From an uncultured candidatus Porisulfidus sp. (GTDB taxonomy: Bacteria > Pseudomonadota > Gammaproteobacteria > Poriferisulfidales > Oxydemutatoraceae), in NCBI GenBank assembly GCA_965215125.1, contig OZ244052.1:480001-544000 (forward strand): 64,000 nt of DNA. The letters run 5' to 3'. The translations under genes were made by a program, and so were the position numbers. The notes under the pieces were generated by a model. It made no database searches. It was not told the origin of the DNA and worked only from the letters and a program-made list of their open reading frames with translations. Positions 9,722 to 21,634 of the stretch are shown piece by piece (the stretch's first letter is position 1; each line of letters begins with the position of its first letter).

Positions 9722-10927
9722 TTATTTACTTTCAGTCTTTTCCTGCGTATCCTCCACTAGATCTATAGAATCACTGCTGTCCCAAGTATGGCAACTAGGG
9801 CATTGCCAATAGAGTTGGTGTGCCTTAAAGCCGCATTTTCCACACATATAAAAATAATCCGAACTGAGGTTTGCGTTGATCTCGTCAATCATCTGACGAA
9901 TCATTTTATCTTCGAATAAATTGGTTCCTTTGAGTTTCTCTTCCATGAAAATCTTCAACACTTGCAACGGTGCGCGCTTAGTCTTTATTAAATAGAGTAA
10001 AAACTCCTCGGCTTCGTCTATACGCTCTGCTTCAAACAAAGCCTGTATGTAATTCACTATATATAAGACGGTCATATCTTTGATATCCAAGTTTTTTACA
10101 TAGCGTGCATATTCACCCGGATTATACGGTGAAAAACATTTTTTAATTTTGGGCAATAAGATATCCGCATAGCCCGGGTAATCCGAAAAAGCCTGAGAAT
10201 AGTACTTTAGTGCTTTTTCTCTATCTTGCTTGCTCAATGCCAGATCCCCTTGAATAATCTCTACCCTGATAGACGATTGCTTGAATGCTTGTGCTTTGGC
10301 TAAATACTTCTGAGCTTTGCCGTAGTTATGCTCGGACAATTCTTTTTCGGCAAGTTCACAGTAGTAATGAACGATATGTCGGCTATAGTCCGTACCCAAA
10401 GTCCGCAATCGCTGCGCACATGTAATAGCCTGATGCCAAGATTTCTCGGTCTCGTAAATCGCGACCAAACACCGATAGCCTCTTTGGAGCGTTTCCGGTG
10501 TACCTATCTTAATCAACCGCTTGAATATCTCTTCGGCATTGCTCAGTAAACCGGCGTGCAGATAATCCTGCCCCAATTCGTACAGTGCTTCGGACTTGGC
10601 TGTATCGCTCAAAGGTGCGCGTTGTATAAGATTGCTGTGTATACGAATCGCTTTTTCCAGTTCGCCTTTGCGACGGAATAAATTTCCCAATAAAACATGA
10701 GTTTCCAAAGTCGTCGTGTCGACTCGAAAAAATTTAATGAAAACCTCTACGGCTTTATCGGTTTGTTGATCGAGTAAATAATTTAGGCCTTTGATATATT
10801 CGGGCGCAATACTGCGCTTAGCATTGTCACGCTGGCTACTACAAGCCTGCCATCCGCTCAATGCCGCTATCGGTAATAGTGCAATCGGCACTAAAACCCA
10901 ATACCAGTCAAATACTAAATTCCCCAC
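9722..10927 (-). CDS. lapB: Lipopolysaccharide assembly protein B (TPR repeats plus rubredoxin-like domain)
   Basis: YIKGLNYLL..Q.DKAV, LGNLFRRKGE, ELGQDYL.AG and C-terminal CGKCGF...WQCPSC. Confidence 0.93.
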   Translation of the reverse strand: MGNLVFDWYWVLVPIALLPIAALSGWQACSSQRDNAKRSIAPEYIKGLNYLLDQQTDKAVEVFIKFFRVDTTTLETHVLLGNLFRRKGELEKAIRIHSNLIQRAPLSDTAKSEALYELGQDYLHAGLLSNAEEIFKRLIKIGTPETLQRGYRCLVAIYETEKSWHQAITCAQRLRTLGTDYSRHIVHYYCELAEKELSEHNYGKAQKYLAKAQAFKQSSIRVEIIQGDLALSKQDREKALKYYSQAFSDYPGYADILLPKIKKCFSPYNPGEYARYVKNLDIKDMTVLYIVNYIQALFEAERIDEAEEFLLYLIKTKRAPLQVLKIFMEEKLKGTNLFEDKMIRQMIDEINANLSSDYFYMCGKCGFKAHQLYWQCPSCHTWDSSDSIDLVEDTQEKTESK

Positions 10928-10981
10928 TATACATCACCGTTTTTAATACTACCGATACCGACAGCCGGTTTCGCCGTGTGC

Positions 10982-11326
10982 TCAGTCGTTATCGGCATTA
11001 TAGCCACCCGCTACAGTATCGTCGGGATCGACTCTGTTCAGGCGTTGGTTGACTATGCTACTGGGTTTGAAGTGAGGAATGTTTCGCCCGGAAACATGAA
11101 CGATTTCTTTGGTTTTCGGATTACGCATGGTTTTAGGCTTCTTAAAATGTAAAGTAAAGGAACCAAAGCCGCGAATCTCTATACGCTCGCCTAGGCTCAG
11201 TACCTGACTCAAATAATCAAAAGAACTCTGCACGGCGAGCTTAACATCCTCGTTCTGCAACCGATCTTGTTTGTCCGCTATTCGCTCTATCAAATGCGAG
11301 CGACTCACTACTGATTCGGAGTCCAT
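10982..11326 (-). CDS. ihfB: Integration host factor beta subunit
   Basis: GERIEIRGFGSF, RNPKT, PHFKP; directly downstream of rpsA. Confidence 0.88.
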   Translation of the reverse strand: MDSESVVSRSHLIERIADKQDRLQNEDVKLAVQSSFDYLSQVLSLGERIEIRGFGSFTLHFKKPKTMRNPKTKEIVHVSGRNIPHFKPSSIVNQRLNRVDPDDTVAGGYNADND

Positions 11327-11344
11327 CGGATTTCTTTTAGTACC

Positions 11345-13030
11345 TCAATTTTTGCTGGAGAACAATCCTTTAATAACATCCCCCAATGAAGTCTTAGCAG
11401 GCTTCTTGGTGGTATAGCCTTTGGCTATTTCTTTTTGTTCGTCTTTCTCTTTTCTCTTTACCGATAAATTGATTCTACAATTTCTTCTATCAATACCGAT
11501 GATTTTAGCTTCTATTTCTTTTCCTTTTTCTATTTCTATTCCAACCGGGGAATCCTCGCCGTCTTTCTCATGCACCAGCTCGGAATACGGTATATATCCT
11601 CTCACGTGCTCGGCCAAATTAATCATCACATATTTGTCACCCGCACTTATCACCGTACCTTTCACGACCGAACCTTTGGGATATATGTTTAGATAATCAC
11701 CCATAGGATCTACGTCAAGTTGCCTAATGCTCAAAGAAACCCTGTTACGCTTAACATCGACTCCTGTTAGAGCAAACTTAACCGTATCACCTTTTTTATA
11801 TTTGCGTATCGCTTGTTCGGGGTGTTCTATATTAGAAATATCATTAATGTGAACCAAACCGTCTATACCGAAATCTCCCAAACCCACGAAAATTCCGAAG
11901 TCGTTGATAGATTTAATCCGACCTTCCATTTGGGTTCCGGGCGAATGTGCCTTAGCAAACTCTTTCCATGGGTTCGGAACACACTGTTTAATACCCAGCG
12001 ATATTCTACGTTTCTCTTTGTCAATATCAAGTACCATGACATCTATCTCTTCACCTTCGGATACGGCTTTAGACGGGTTTATAGTTTTATTTACCCAGTC
12101 CATCTCGGAGATATGCACTAAACCTTCCACATTGTCTTCTATTTCTACGAAACAACCATAATCGGTGATGCTGGTGACCTTGCCCTTGATACGTTCCCCT
12201 TTAGGGTAGCGTTCAATTAATCTATCCCATGGATCTTCACTCAGCTGCTTGAGTCCCAAAGAGATACGATTCTTTTCTTTATCAACCTTAAGTATTTTGA
12301 CATTGATCTCATCACCCACGGATAATACTTCGGAGGGTCGGTGTATGCGCTTCCATGCCATATCGGTAATATGAAGCAACCCGTCAAAACCGTTAAAACC
12401 GACAAAGGCACCATAATCGGTAATATTTTTTACTACGCCTTTTACAACCGTTCCACTTTCCAAATTTTTCAGCATTTCTTCTCGATCAATGCTTCCTTCC
12501 GTTTCTAACGCCGCCCGTCTTGAAATAACAATATTATTACGATTACGGTCGAGTTTGATCACCTTAAAATCTAAGGTTTTGCCTTCAAGATGCTCAAGTT
12601 CGCGCGTCGGCTGTATATCGGCTAGAGAGCCCGGTAAGAAAGCCTCTATACCCAAAATGTAGACTATAAATCCTCCTTTAACTCTCCCTTTCAGGACACC
12701 TTGAACCGTGCTACCAGCCTTGTAGATCTCCTCCAACCGCTGCCATGCTTCAATAATCTTCGCTTGTTCACGGGATAGCACCGTCTCGCCGAAACCATCC
12801 TCTAGACTTTCTACGGCGACTTCCACAAGATCTCCTTCATTGACCTCCAGTTCACCGTCGGTGTCGTAAAATTGCTCTATCGGTATAACACCCTCCGATT
12901 TTAATCCCGCATTAACAATGACACTGGTTTTGGTAATATCGGTTACCTTCCCTTTAATCAGAGAACCTATATCTATCTTTTGATTTTGCATTTTCTGCGA
13001 ATCAAAAATATCGGAAAAATTTTCCATCAA
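11345..13030 (-). CDS. rpsA: 30S ribosomal protein S1
   Basis: Repeated S1 domains (KNITDYGAFV, DGLLHITDMAW, EGLVHISEMDW). Confidence 0.97.
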   Translation of the reverse strand: MMENFSDIFDSQKMQNQKIDIGSLIKGKVTDITKTSVIVNAGLKSEGVIPIEQFYDTDGELEVNEGDLVEVAVESLEDGFGETVLSREQAKIIEAWQRLEEIYKAGSTVQGVLKGRVKGGFIVYILGIEAFLPGSLADIQPTRELEHLEGKTLDFKVIKLDRNRNNIVISRRAALETEGSIDREEMLKNLESGTVVKGVVKNITDYGAFVGFNGFDGLLHITDMAWKRIHRPSEVLSVGDEINVKILKVDKEKNRISLGLKQLSEDPWDRLIERYPKGERIKGKVTSITDYGCFVEIEDNVEGLVHISEMDWVNKTINPSKAVSEGEEIDVMVLDIDKEKRRISLGIKQCVPNPWKEFAKAHSPGTQMEGRIKSINDFGIFVGLGDFGIDGLVHINDISNIEHPEQAIRKYKKGDTVKFALTGVDVKRNRVSLSIRQLDVDPMGDYLNIYPKGSVVKGTVISAGDKYVMINLAEHVRGYIPYSELVHEKDGEDSPVGIEIEKGKEIEAKIIGIDRRNCRINLSVKRKEKDEQKEIAKGYTTKKPAKTSLGDVIKGLFSSKN

Positions 13031-13045
13031 ATTATCTTGCCTCTT

Positions 13046-13720
13046 TCAGTTTAATTCAACCTTTACTACATCCATCAGCTCATCTACAACTTCGGCTATA
13101 GATAGATGCGTTGTATCCAATACAACTGCATTATCGGCGATTTTCAATTGCGCAATAGACCGTTCGCTATCGCGTTGATCCCTCTGTAGTAATTCTTTAT
13201 TTAGCGTGTCTAGTTTAGCATAAATACCGCGTTGTCTCAATTGTCGATATCTTCTACGGACACGCTCTTCTATATCTGCCTGCAAGAATATCTTCAACGG
13301 TGCATCGGGAAAAACGACCGTTCCCATATCGCGTCCATCCGCCACCAACCCGGGCAAAGCCCTAAACCGCCTCTGCATCGGCAACAAAGCATTGCGCAAG
13401 GCAACACTTTCTCCTGCCGCCGAGGCGATCTCGGCATAATCTTCGCCGTAAATATCGTCTTCCACAGGGATGCCGTTTAAGTAGGTCTGAATCTGCTCGC
13501 CATCTAAGATAAATTTTAGGTCGGTAGCGGCGACCAAAGTTTCTATTTCCAAAACATTATCTAAGGCAATATTCCGTTTATAGAGTTGCATACCTAGTAC
13601 ACGATACAAAGCACCGCTGATCAAAATGTGATAACTCAGCTTTGTCGCTAAGCGACGAGCGATCGTGCTTTTGCCCACACCCGAGGGACCGTCTATTGCA
13701 ATGACCGGTATTTCTGCCAT
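13046..13720 (-). CDS. cmk: Cytidylate kinase
   Basis: IAIDGPSGVGKST and ADGRDMGTVVFPDA. Confidence 0.96.
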   Translation of the reverse strand: MAEIPVIAIDGPSGVGKSTIARRLATKLSYHILISGALYRVLGMQLYKRNIALDNVLEIETLVAATDLKFILDGEQIQTYLNGIPVEDDIYGEDYAEIASAAGESVALRNALLPMQRRFRALPGLVADGRDMGTVVFPDAPLKIFLQADIEERVRRRYRQLRQRGIYAKLDTLNKELLQRDQRDSERSIAQLKIADNAVVLDTTHLSIAEVVDELMDVVKVELN

Positions 13721-13721
13721 C

Positions 13722-15017
13722 TTATACGGATAGATTAAACCCTATGCTATTCGCTGTTCCAACGAAATCGGGAAACGAAGTTTCAATATTTCGGCATCGG
13801 CGTACGGAAATAACATCGCCGGCAACGGCACCCGCCACAGCGAACGCCATGGCCACGCGATGATCGTCAAAACTCTCCACCACGGCACCTTTTAAGCGAC
13901 CCCCTTCTATGGTCATCCCGTCGCGATGAACTTCAACCGCAATCCCGCAACTACGCAAACCTTCCGCCATCGCCGTGATGCGGTCGCTTTCTTTGACCCT
14001 CAGCTCTTCGGCACCACGCAAATGTGTGTATCCTTCGGCGCATGCCGCAGCGATAAATAAAGCCGGAAATTCATCTATAGACGACGGCACCCAATGTCTA
14101 GGGATATCCACACCTTTTAGTTTTGCGAAGCGTACACGCAGATCACCGACCGGTTCGTTGCAGACGAGCTGCCGATCCAGTATCTCTATGTCGGCACCCA
14201 TACGGCGAAGAATCCGTATTGCACCGCTGCGCGTATCGTTTAAGCCTACGTTTTCTATAACAATATCGCTATTCGGAACTATAGAAGCTGCGACTATCAG
14301 AAATGTAGCCGAAGAAATATCACCCGGCACATCGATGTGCGTTGCTTTGAGGCGACTGCCTCCCGTCAAGCGCACCATAAGCCCTTGCCGCTCAACCCGA
14401 TAACCAAAGTTACTCAACATTCGTTCGCTGTGATCACGGCTCGGCGTCGGTTCAACGATAACGGTCTCTCCGTGTGCATCTACGCCGGCGAGCAATAATG
14501 CCGATTTGACTTGTGCGCTTGCAATCTTCAGTTCGGTACGCACGCCCTGCAGATGTTTGACGGGTTTGATAATCACCGGTGGCGTACCGTGTTCCGAAGT
14601 ATCAATATCTGCGCCCATCTTCAATAGAGGATCAACGACTCGGCGCATCGGACGACGGCTTAAGGAAGCATCGCCGCTTAAGGTTAGCGAAATTTTCTTT
14701 CCCGCCAACAATCCGGTGAGCAGGCGTATAGAAGTTCCCGAATTACCCAAATCTATAACTTGATCGTCGGCGCATAATCCGCCGCTACAACCGTGCACTC
14801 GTATTAAATCATCTGCAGACTCTATGTGCACCCCCAATCGGATTAGGGCTTGCATCGTTGCCAGGCAATCGGCACTATGCAAAAAATTAGATACCTCGCT
14901 GATACCGTCGGCAATCGCGGCAAACATTAGTGCGCGATGGGATATTGACTTATCGCCGGCAACACCGACTATGCCGTTCAAAGATTCGACAGGGCTGGAA
15001 TAAAGGGTGTCCGGCAT
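13722..15017 (-). CDS. aroA: EPSP synthase (class II)
   Basis: GDKSISHR, LGNSGT, SAQVKSA, RDHSERML, ELRVKESDR, DHRVAM. Confidence 0.97.
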   Translation of the reverse strand: MPDTLYSSPVESLNGIVGVAGDKSISHRALMFAAIADGISEVSNFLHSADCLATMQALIRLGVHIESADDLIRVHGCSGGLCADDQVIDLGNSGTSIRLLTGLLAGKKISLTLSGDASLSRRPMRRVVDPLLKMGADIDTSEHGTPPVIIKPVKHLQGVRTELKIASAQVKSALLLAGVDAHGETVIVEPTPSRDHSERMLSNFGYRVERQGLMVRLTGGSRLKATHIDVPGDISSATFLIVAASIVPNSDIVIENVGLNDTRSGAIRILRRMGADIEILDRQLVCNEPVGDLRVRFAKLKGVDIPRHWVPSSIDEFPALFIAAACAEGYTHLRGAEELRVKESDRITAMAEGLRSCGIAVEVHRDGMTIEGGRLKGAVVESFDDHRVAMAFAVAGAVAGDVISVRRCRNIETSFPDFVGTANSIGFNLSV

Positions 15018-15054
15018 CGTTATATTTTTAAGCGCATTATGCGAAAATTTCGAG

Positions 15055-15921
15055 TTAGTCTTTGAGATTCAAATTTTTCTTTTCGGCTACCGTTTTTTCC
15101 AATAATTCGAGCAACCGGTCGTTGTGTTTGCTTTCTATCATCTTGCGTATTGCACACACGCTTTTCTCAAAGGCTTTTATAGATCGGAGTAGATAACCTT
15201 CGTTTGCAATAAATACATCTCGCCACATCGTCGGATTACTCGCTGCGATACGCGTAAAGTCTTTCAAACCACCGGCGGAAAAACCGGTGTTTACACCGGA
15301 CTGCTCCAGCGAGTTTATCAGTGCATAAGCGACGATATGCGGCAAGTGGCTCGTCGCAGCAAACAATTCATCGTGCCGTGCCGCCGATAATACTTCAATT
15401 TTAGCCCCGACTTTGCGCCACAAGTCTCTTACTACATTCACTGCGATCTCGTCGGTTTGTTGCTCCGGCGTTAGAAACACATATCGCGAAATAAACAAAT
15501 CCTTTGCTGCCGTAACCGGGCCGCTATTCTCGGTTCCTGCGATAGGGTGCGCCGGTACCATGCGAGTAGGCATATTGCCCCAAACCGAACACGCATCGGC
15601 GATTACACTGCACTTAACACTACCTACATCGGTGATGACAGTCGACTCGGCTGCGCTTTTGATATGCTCAAAAATACTGCGAACTGCACCTATGGGCGTT
15701 GCCACAACTAAAATATCGCAGTGTTCGACAAGCGCAAGCGGGTTCTCTTTGAATCCGTCAAATGCCGCCCTTTCCATCGCCTGCCTTGCGTGCGTCTCGT
15801 CGGTATCGCATCCTAAGATACTTTGATCGGGGTCATGATTTTTTAGTGCCAATGCCAACGACGTACCGATTAGACCGGTACCGACGATGCCGACAACGGA
15901 ATGATCTATGTCTTCCATCAT
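15055..15921 (-). CDS. tyrA: Prephenate/arogenate dehydrogenase
   Basis: GTGLIG, TDVGSVK, HPIAGTE, SHLPH, DFTRIA. Confidence 0.93.
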   Translation of the reverse strand: MMEDIDHSVVGIVGTGLIGTSLALALKNHDPDQSILGCDTDETHARQAMERAAFDGFKENPLALVEHCDILVVATPIGAVRSIFEHIKSAAESTVITDVGSVKCSVIADACSVWGNMPTRMVPAHPIAGTENSGPVTAAKDLFISRYVFLTPEQQTDEIAVNVVRDLWRKVGAKIEVLSAARHDELFAATSHLPHIVAYALINSLEQSGVNTGFSAGGLKDFTRIAASNPTMWRDVFIANEGYLLRSIKAFEKSVCAIRKMIESKHNDRLLELLEKTVAEKKNLNLKD

Positions 15922-17042
15922 TCGCGTTCCAGTATTCGCTTTAGCGTCTCTAAAAAACGTCGGTTTTGTTCCGCAGAACCTACCGTCACTCGTAAATGCC
16001 GTGGCATATCGTAATTTTCTATCGCGCGTATAATCACACCCTGTTCCAACAATGCATTATAAATTACCGGTGCCCGGGCTCCGACTTCTATGCATAAAAA
16101 ATTAGCCGCCGACGGCAAACAATTCAAACCTAGTTTGTTACATCCGTCCGATAAATAAGCCAAACCTTCGCTATTCAACCGTATGCTCTTCTCGAGATGT
16201 GCCGTATCGTCGAGTGATGCAATCGCGGCTTTCAACGCTAAAACATTATTATTAAAAGGTTGACGCAAGCGGTTGAATAAATCGGCAATCTCAACCGATG
16301 AGAATGCATAACCTATGCGCAAACCGGCGAGTGCATAAATTTTAGAGAAAGTTTGAGTAACAATCAGGTTCGGGTATTCATCCAACCACTTTGACATATC
16401 GGGATAGTCGGAAACTTGTGCGTATTCTGCATACGCTTGATCGACGACAACGACGATATGCTCGTCTATAGACCGCATGAACTTTCTAAGATCGCCTTCT
16501 TTAAGCCAAGTGCCTGTGGGATTATTGGGGTTGGCAATAAATACAACTGCGGTACGCTCGTCTATCACATCTAAAAAACGGTTCAAGTCGTGTCCGTAAG
16601 GCATCTCGTCATCGGTGGTTCTCGGTATCGCCCGATGCGCTGCCGCACCCGAGATTCGGGTTGCCAAAGCATACACTTCGAAGGCATGCTCGGAATAAAC
16701 TGCATTTTTACTTTTATCCAAAAAGCAACGGGCAACGAATTCCAACAACTCGTTAGAACCGTTGCCTAGAGTAATCCGGTTGGCCGAAATACCGTGCCGT
16801 TCGGCAAGCCTGGCTTTGAGTAGCAAGCCACTACCACTCGGATAAAGATGTACCTGATCGGCGTGGTCGCCCATCGCTGCTATCGCATGAGGGCTGGGAC
16901 CCAAAGCGTTCTCGTTCGAGGACAGCTTAATCGCTTCAAGTGTCGTAGACGATTTCCCCAAATCCTCGACACTCTTACCCGGTTGATAAGGTTTTATATC
17001 GAGTAAGGGGGGCAAGCAATGTTGTTCGGGCTTAAAAGTCAT
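15918..17042 (-). CDS. hisC: Histidinol-phosphate/aromatic aminotransferase
   Basis: YQPGK, KLSSNEN, ANPNNPTG, TFSKIYALAGLRIGY. Confidence 0.94.
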   Translation of the reverse strand: MTFKPEQHCLPPLLDIKPYQPGKSVEDLGKSSTTLEAIKLSSNENALGPSPHAIAAMGDHADQVHLYPSGSGLLLKARLAERHGISANRITLGNGSNELLEFVARCFLDKSKNAVYSEHAFEVYALATRISGAAAHRAIPRTTDDEMPYGHDLNRFLDVIDERTAVVFIANPNNPTGTWLKEGDLRKFMRSIDEHIVVVVDQAYAEYAQVSDYPDMSKWLDEYPNLIVTQTFSKIYALAGLRIGYAFSSVEIADLFNRLRQPFNNNVLALKAAIASLDDTAHLEKSIRLNSEGLAYLSDGCNKLGLNCLPSAANFLCIEVGARAPVIYNALLEQGVIIRAIENYDMPRHLRVTVGSAEQNRRFLETLKRILERE

Positions 17043-17547
17043 CGTTTTTTGTCTCTATCGGTAGTTGATTATAAAATCCTAAACATCCATCCTCTATCAA
17101 ATCGAATATATGCGTATAAACATTCATCGCATTGTCCGTCTCTTGCATCAATACCTCTTGATTGCCGAAGTATTTTGAATAAGACATTATATACTCGGGT
17201 TTGTTGTTCCCTTCCATCCAACGCCGAACCGGTTCATAATGCGCTTGTTCAAAGATGAATACCCGATTATAGCTTTGCGGGTTCAGATCTCGCAACGGTG
17301 TTGAACGATAAGCGGATAAATCATAGCCACGCCTTGAAGCAACATCGTTTATCATTGCATCACAGGGGCAACCGTAGCAAGCCTGAATACCTGCCGAGTC
17401 AACATGCATCGCCAGGGATGTTTGATTTTTAATATACTCGAAAACCGCGTGTCCGACGATCGAACGACACGTATTCAGAGCACATACGAAAAGTAATGCC
17501 GGGGTATTAAACTGTGTCTTCGGCGGTCTTGGCATCCTCTTTTTCAA
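17032..17547 (-). CDS. Low-molecular-weight protein-tyrosine phosphatase-like protein (divergent)
   Basis: P-loop [11 protein letters not shown] (CX5R) and VDSAG. Start is uncertain because it overlaps the rpoC 3' end. Confidence 0.7.
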   Translation of the reverse strand: MKKRMPRPPKTQFNTPALLFVCALNTCRSIVGHAVFEYIKNQTSLAMHVDSAGIQACYGCPCDAMINDVASRRGYDLSAYRSTPLRDLNPQSYNRVFIFEQAHYEPVRRWMEGNNKPEYIMSYSKYFGNQEVLMQETDNAMNVYTHIFDLIEDGCLGFYNQLPIETKNDDF

Positions 17548-20500
17548 GAGTGCTTTGCAGGTTCATTTCAAATGCATCCATTAAATTTTTCTCGGGAACA
17601 TCCCAAGCCGTGCCCGCCGGAATCAAGCGACCGACGATTACATTCTCCTTTAATCCCCTTAGCATATCTCGGGAACCTTTGATCGCCGATTCGGTCAATA
17701 TCTTCGTGGTCTCTTGGAAAGAAGCTGCGGAAATAAACGATTCGGTCGATAAAGAAGCTTTTTTGATGCCTTGTAGTAATGCCTCGTACTTAGCCGGTTT
17801 TTTGCCCGCAGCTTCAAGATTTTTATTAATCTCTGCGAGCTTGATTTTTTCTACGGTGTCGTCTACCAAATAATTGCTGTCGCCGGGGTTTACTATACGC
17901 ACCCTGCGCATCATCTGCCTGATAATGACTTCTATGTGCTTATCGTTAATTTTCACGCCTTGTAGTCTATAGACATCTTGTATTTCTTTGACCAAATAAT
18001 CTGCCATTTCGTTGATGCCCAGTAACCGTAAGATATCGTGCGGATTTCTCTCACCTTCGGATATGACCTCACCTTTCTCTACATACTCACCTTCGGCGAT
18101 TTCTATGCGACGCCATTTAGGCACCATTACATGATGCATTTCTTGCTTACCGGTGATAACTATTTTTTGCTTGCCGCGAATTTCTCTATCAAAACTAATA
18201 GTGCCCGAACACTCTGCCAAAATAGCCGCTTCTTGAGGAATGCGAGCCTCGAATAAATCGACAACTCTCGGCAAGCCTCCGGTGATATCACGTGTTTTAG
18301 AACTCTCTTGCGGAATACGAGCGATGGTGTCGCCGATATTGATCTTATCTCCATCGTCTACGGTGACTATCATGCCCGGCATCAACCGATAGTGTGCCGT
18401 TCTACCGTCGCCTAGCCTTATTTCCTTACCTTTTTGAGTGATAGAAATCGCCGGTGTTTGATCTTTTACCCCGGGCATGACCACATAGGTACTCATTCCG
18501 GTCATATCGTCGGTTTGTTTATAAACGGTGCTACCCTCGGTGAAATTTTCTAAACTAATTGTCCCTCTGGTTTCGGCAATGACCGGATGTGTATGGGGAT
18601 CCCAGTTGACAATGACCGTACCGGCTTGCACGGCATCTCCTTCTCTATGGCTCAAACGCGCACCGTAAGGAATTTTGTAACGTTCTCTCTCGTTACCCGC
18701 CTCCGTAACGATGCTAATCTCTCCGGATCGGGAGACAACGACGTAATCATCTTTGTGTTTTATCAGCTTGACTTTGTGTAGACGAATAATACCGTCGGTT
18801 TTGGGCGTAATACTATTGACCGAAACCGAACGGCTTACCGCACCGCCTATGTGAAAAGTTCTCATCGTCAGTTGGGTACCCGGCTCGCCTATAGATTGTG
18901 CGGCGATAATACCTACCGCTTCTCCTTCGCTCACTAAACTACCCCTAGCCAAATCGCGCCCATAACACATCGCACAAACACCGTGAGCAGACTCGCACGT
19001 AATAGGAGATCGCACTTTAATTTGGTCTACACCGTATTTCGTCAGCAACGCGACTTCTTTCTCGTCCAGCAACGTGTCTTTTTCAATAATTGTCTTTTTA
19101 TTCACTTTTAGATCTTCTGCGAGCACTCTGCCCAGAGCACGCTCGGACAAGCTCTCCACAACTTCCCCACCTTCTATATTAGACTTCAGATAGATACCTT
19201 CATTGGTGCCGCAGTCTTTCTCAATGACAATAACATCTTGTGATGCATCAACCAATCGGCGCGTTAAATAACCCGAGTTAGCCGTTTTAAGTGCGGTATC
19301 TGCAAGACCTTTGCGGGCACCGTGCGTAGAAATAAAGTACTGCAAAAGGTTTAATCCTTCTCGGAAATTTGCGGTAATCGGCGTTTCAATAATAGAACCG
19401 TCGGGTTTCGCCATTAGGCCGCGCATCCCGGCGAGTTGTCGAATCTGTGCAGCGGAACCGCGAGCTCCCGAGTCCGCCATCATAAATATAGAGTTGAACG
19501 AAGGTTGAGGGGACTTTTTACCTTTGTGATCCTTGACTATTTCGGTACTCAATTCGTCCATCATGTGGGATGCAATACGGTCGTTGGCATTAGACCAAAT
19601 ATCAACCGTTTTGTTATATTTTTCACCGCTGGTCACTAATCCTGCTGCGTACTGACGCTCTATATCTTTAACTTCGTTCTCTGCTTCGGTTAAAACAGCT
19701 TGTTTATCGCGAGGAATAACCATATCATCGACACCGAAAGAAATTCCCGCCTTTGTCGCATAATAAAAGCCGGTATACATTAGTTGGTCGGCAAAGACCG
19801 CAGTCGCCTTGAGCCCTGCTTCTCTATAACTCACATCTATAAGCTCCAGTATACGGCGTTTATCCAATACTCTATCAACCAATTCAAAAGCTAATTCCTC
19901 GGGTAAAATACGAGACAAGATGGCACGGCCGGTCGTGGTTTCGGTTAGCTGTAACCGACTTTTTCCCGGTATTTTCAGACGTACTTTAATTTTTGCATGC
20001 AAATCAACTTGCTTGGTTTCATAAGCTCGCTGGACTTCATCCAAATCGGCAAATAGACTTCCTTCGCCTTTGGCATTGATGCGCTCACGCGTCATATAAT
20101 ACAAACCCAAGACGATATCCTGCGTAGGAACGATGATAGGAGATCCACTCGCCGGTGAAAATATATTGTTGGTGGACATCATCAAGCAACGCGCTTCGGC
20201 TTGAGCCTCTAGAGACAAAGGCACATGCACCGCCATTTGATCGCCGTCAAAATCGGCATTAAAGGCGGTACAAACCAAAGGATGCAACTGTATTGCCTTG
20301 CCTTCGATCAAAATCGGTTCAAATGCTTGTATACCCAAGCGGTGCAGAGTCGGTGCTCGATTTAACAGCACCGGGTATTCTCTGATAATTTCGTCTAAGA
20401 CATCCCAAACTTCCGGACCTTGTTTTTCAACCAACTTCTTGGCATTTTTGATCGTGTCTACAACCCCTCTCAGATAGAGTTTGCTATAGATAAAAGGTCT

Positions 20501-21634
20501 AAACAACTCCAGTGCCATTTGTTTAGGTATCCCGCACTGATGGAGCTTTAGCGAAGGTCCTACGACAATGACCGAACGCCCGGAATAATCAACGCGCTTG
20601 CCGAGTAAGTTTTGGCGAAACCGTCCCTGTTTGCCCTTAATCATATCGGCTAGGGATTTCAGCTGTCGTTTATTGTTGGCAACGGCGACGCGACCACAAC
20701 GACCGTTATCGAGCAACGCATCGACCGATTCCTGTAACATACGCTTCTCGTTGCGCACGATAATATCGGGTGCCTTGATTTCGAGCAACCGTCTTAAACG
20801 ATTGTTTCGGTTAATGACCCTACGGTACAAATCGTTTAAGTCCGAACTTGCAAAACGACCGTCGCTCAAAGGCACCAGAGGACGCAAATCGGGCGGTAAT
20901 ATAGGCAACACCGTCAAAACCATCCATTCGGGCTTGTTACCCGATTCTATAAAAGATTTGACGAGTTTAAGACGCTTGGTCAAACGTTTGATCTTCGCCT
21001 CGGACTTGGTTTTGGAAATATTTTCCCGCAACTCTATAGTTTGTTTTTCTAAGTCCAAATCTTGGAGCAACCTCATAATGGCTTCCGCCCCCATACCGAC
21101 CTCGAACTGCTCGCCTTGTTCTTCGATGATGTCAAAGTATTCATCGTCGGTGAGTATTTGCTTTACTTTCAAGTCGGTCATGCCACTATCGAGTACTACA
21201 TGACTTTCAAAATACAAAACGCGCTCTATATCGCGCGGTGCCATATCGAGTAACAGCCCTATTTTGGAAGGAAGCGACTTAAGGAACCAAATATGGACGA
21301 CCGGGCTGGCAAGATCTATATGTCCCATCCGTTCTCGCCGGACACGCGAAAGGGTTACCTCAACGCCGCATTTTTCACAAACCACGCCGCGGTGTTTGAG
21401 ACGCTTATATTTACCGCACAGACATTCGTAATCTTTAATAGGTCCGAAAATTTTAGCGCAAAACAATCCGTCGCGCTCGGGTTTTAAGGTTCTATAGTTA
21501 ATCGTCTCCGGTTTTCTTACTTCGCCGTAAGACCATGAACGAATTTCATCCGGAGATGCAATACTAATCTTTAGAAAATTAAATTTTTTCTCGTCGTACT
21601 GCGATTTTTTTAGTATGTCAAATACACCTTTCAT
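17507..21634 (-). CDS. rpoC: DNA-directed RNA polymerase beta' subunit
   Basis: NADFDGDQM, Zn-binding [25 protein letters not shown]. Confidence 0.99.
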   Translation of the reverse strand: MKGVFDILKKSQYDEKKFNFLKISIASPDEIRSWSYGEVRKPETINYRTLKPERDGLFCAKIFGPIKDYECLCGKYKRLKHRGVVCEKCGVEVTLSRVRRERMGHIDLASPVVHIWFLKSLPSKIGLLLDMAPRDIERVLYFESHVVLDSGMTDLKVKQILTDDEYFDIIEEQGEQFEVGMGAEAIMRLLQDLDLEKQTIELRENISKTKSEAKIKRLTKRLKLVKSFIESGNKPEWMVLTVLPILPPDLRPLVPLSDGRFASSDLNDLYRRVINRNNRLRRLLEIKAPDIIVRNEKRMLQESVDALLDNGRCGRVAVANNKRQLKSLADMIKGKQGRFRQNLLGKRVDYSGRSVIVVGPSLKLHQCGIPKQMALELFRPFIYSKLYLRGVVDTIKNAKKLVEKQGPEVWDVLDEIIREYPVLLNRAPTLHRLGIQAFEPILIEGKAIQLHPLVCTAFNADFDGDQMAVHVPLSLEAQAEARCLMMSTNNIFSPASGSPIIVPTQDIVLGLYYMTRERINAKGEGSLFADLDEVQRAYETKQVDLHAKIKVRLKIPGKSRLQLTETTTGRAILSRILPEELAFELVDRVLDKRRILELIDVSYREAGLKATAVFADQLMYTGFYYATKAGISFGVDDMVIPRDKQAVLTEAENEVKDIERQYAAGLVTSGEKYNKTVDIWSNANDRIASHMMDELSTEIVKDHKGKKSPQPSFNSIFMMADSGARGSAAQIRQLAGMRGLMAKPDGSIIETPITANFREGLNLLQYFISTHGARKGLADTALKTANSGYLTRRLVDASQDVIVIEKDCGTNEGIYLKSNIEGGEVVESLSERALGRVLAEDLKVNKKTIIEKDTLLDEKEVALLTKYGVDQIKVRSPITCESAHGVCAMCYGRDLARGSLVSEGEAVGIIAAQSIGEPGTQLTMRTFHIGGAVSRSVSVNSITPKTDGIIRLHKVKLIKHKDDYVVVSRSGEISIVTEAGNERERYKIPYGARLSHREGDAVQAGTVIVNWDPHTHPVIAETRGTISLENFTEGSTVYKQTDDMTGMSTYVVMPGVKDQTPAISITQKGKEIRLGDGRTAHYRLMPGMIVTVDDGDKINIGDTIARIPQESSKTRDITGGLPRVVDLFEARIPQEAAILAECSGTISFDREIRGKQKIVITGKQEMHHVMVPKWRRIEIAEGEYVEKGEVISEGERNPHDILRLLGINEMADYLVKEIQDVYRLQGVKINDKHIEVIIRQMMRRVRIVNPGDSNYLVDDTVEKIKLAEINKNLEAAGKKPAKYEALLQGIKKASLSTESFISAASFQETTKILTESAIKGSRDMLRGLKENVIVGRLIPAGTAWDVPEKNLMDAFEMNLQSTLEKEDAKTAEDTV

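Noticed and set aside
20598-21203. Antisense ORFs within rpoC, rpoB, gyrA and aroA
   Set aside because: Typical shadow frames of conserved genes.
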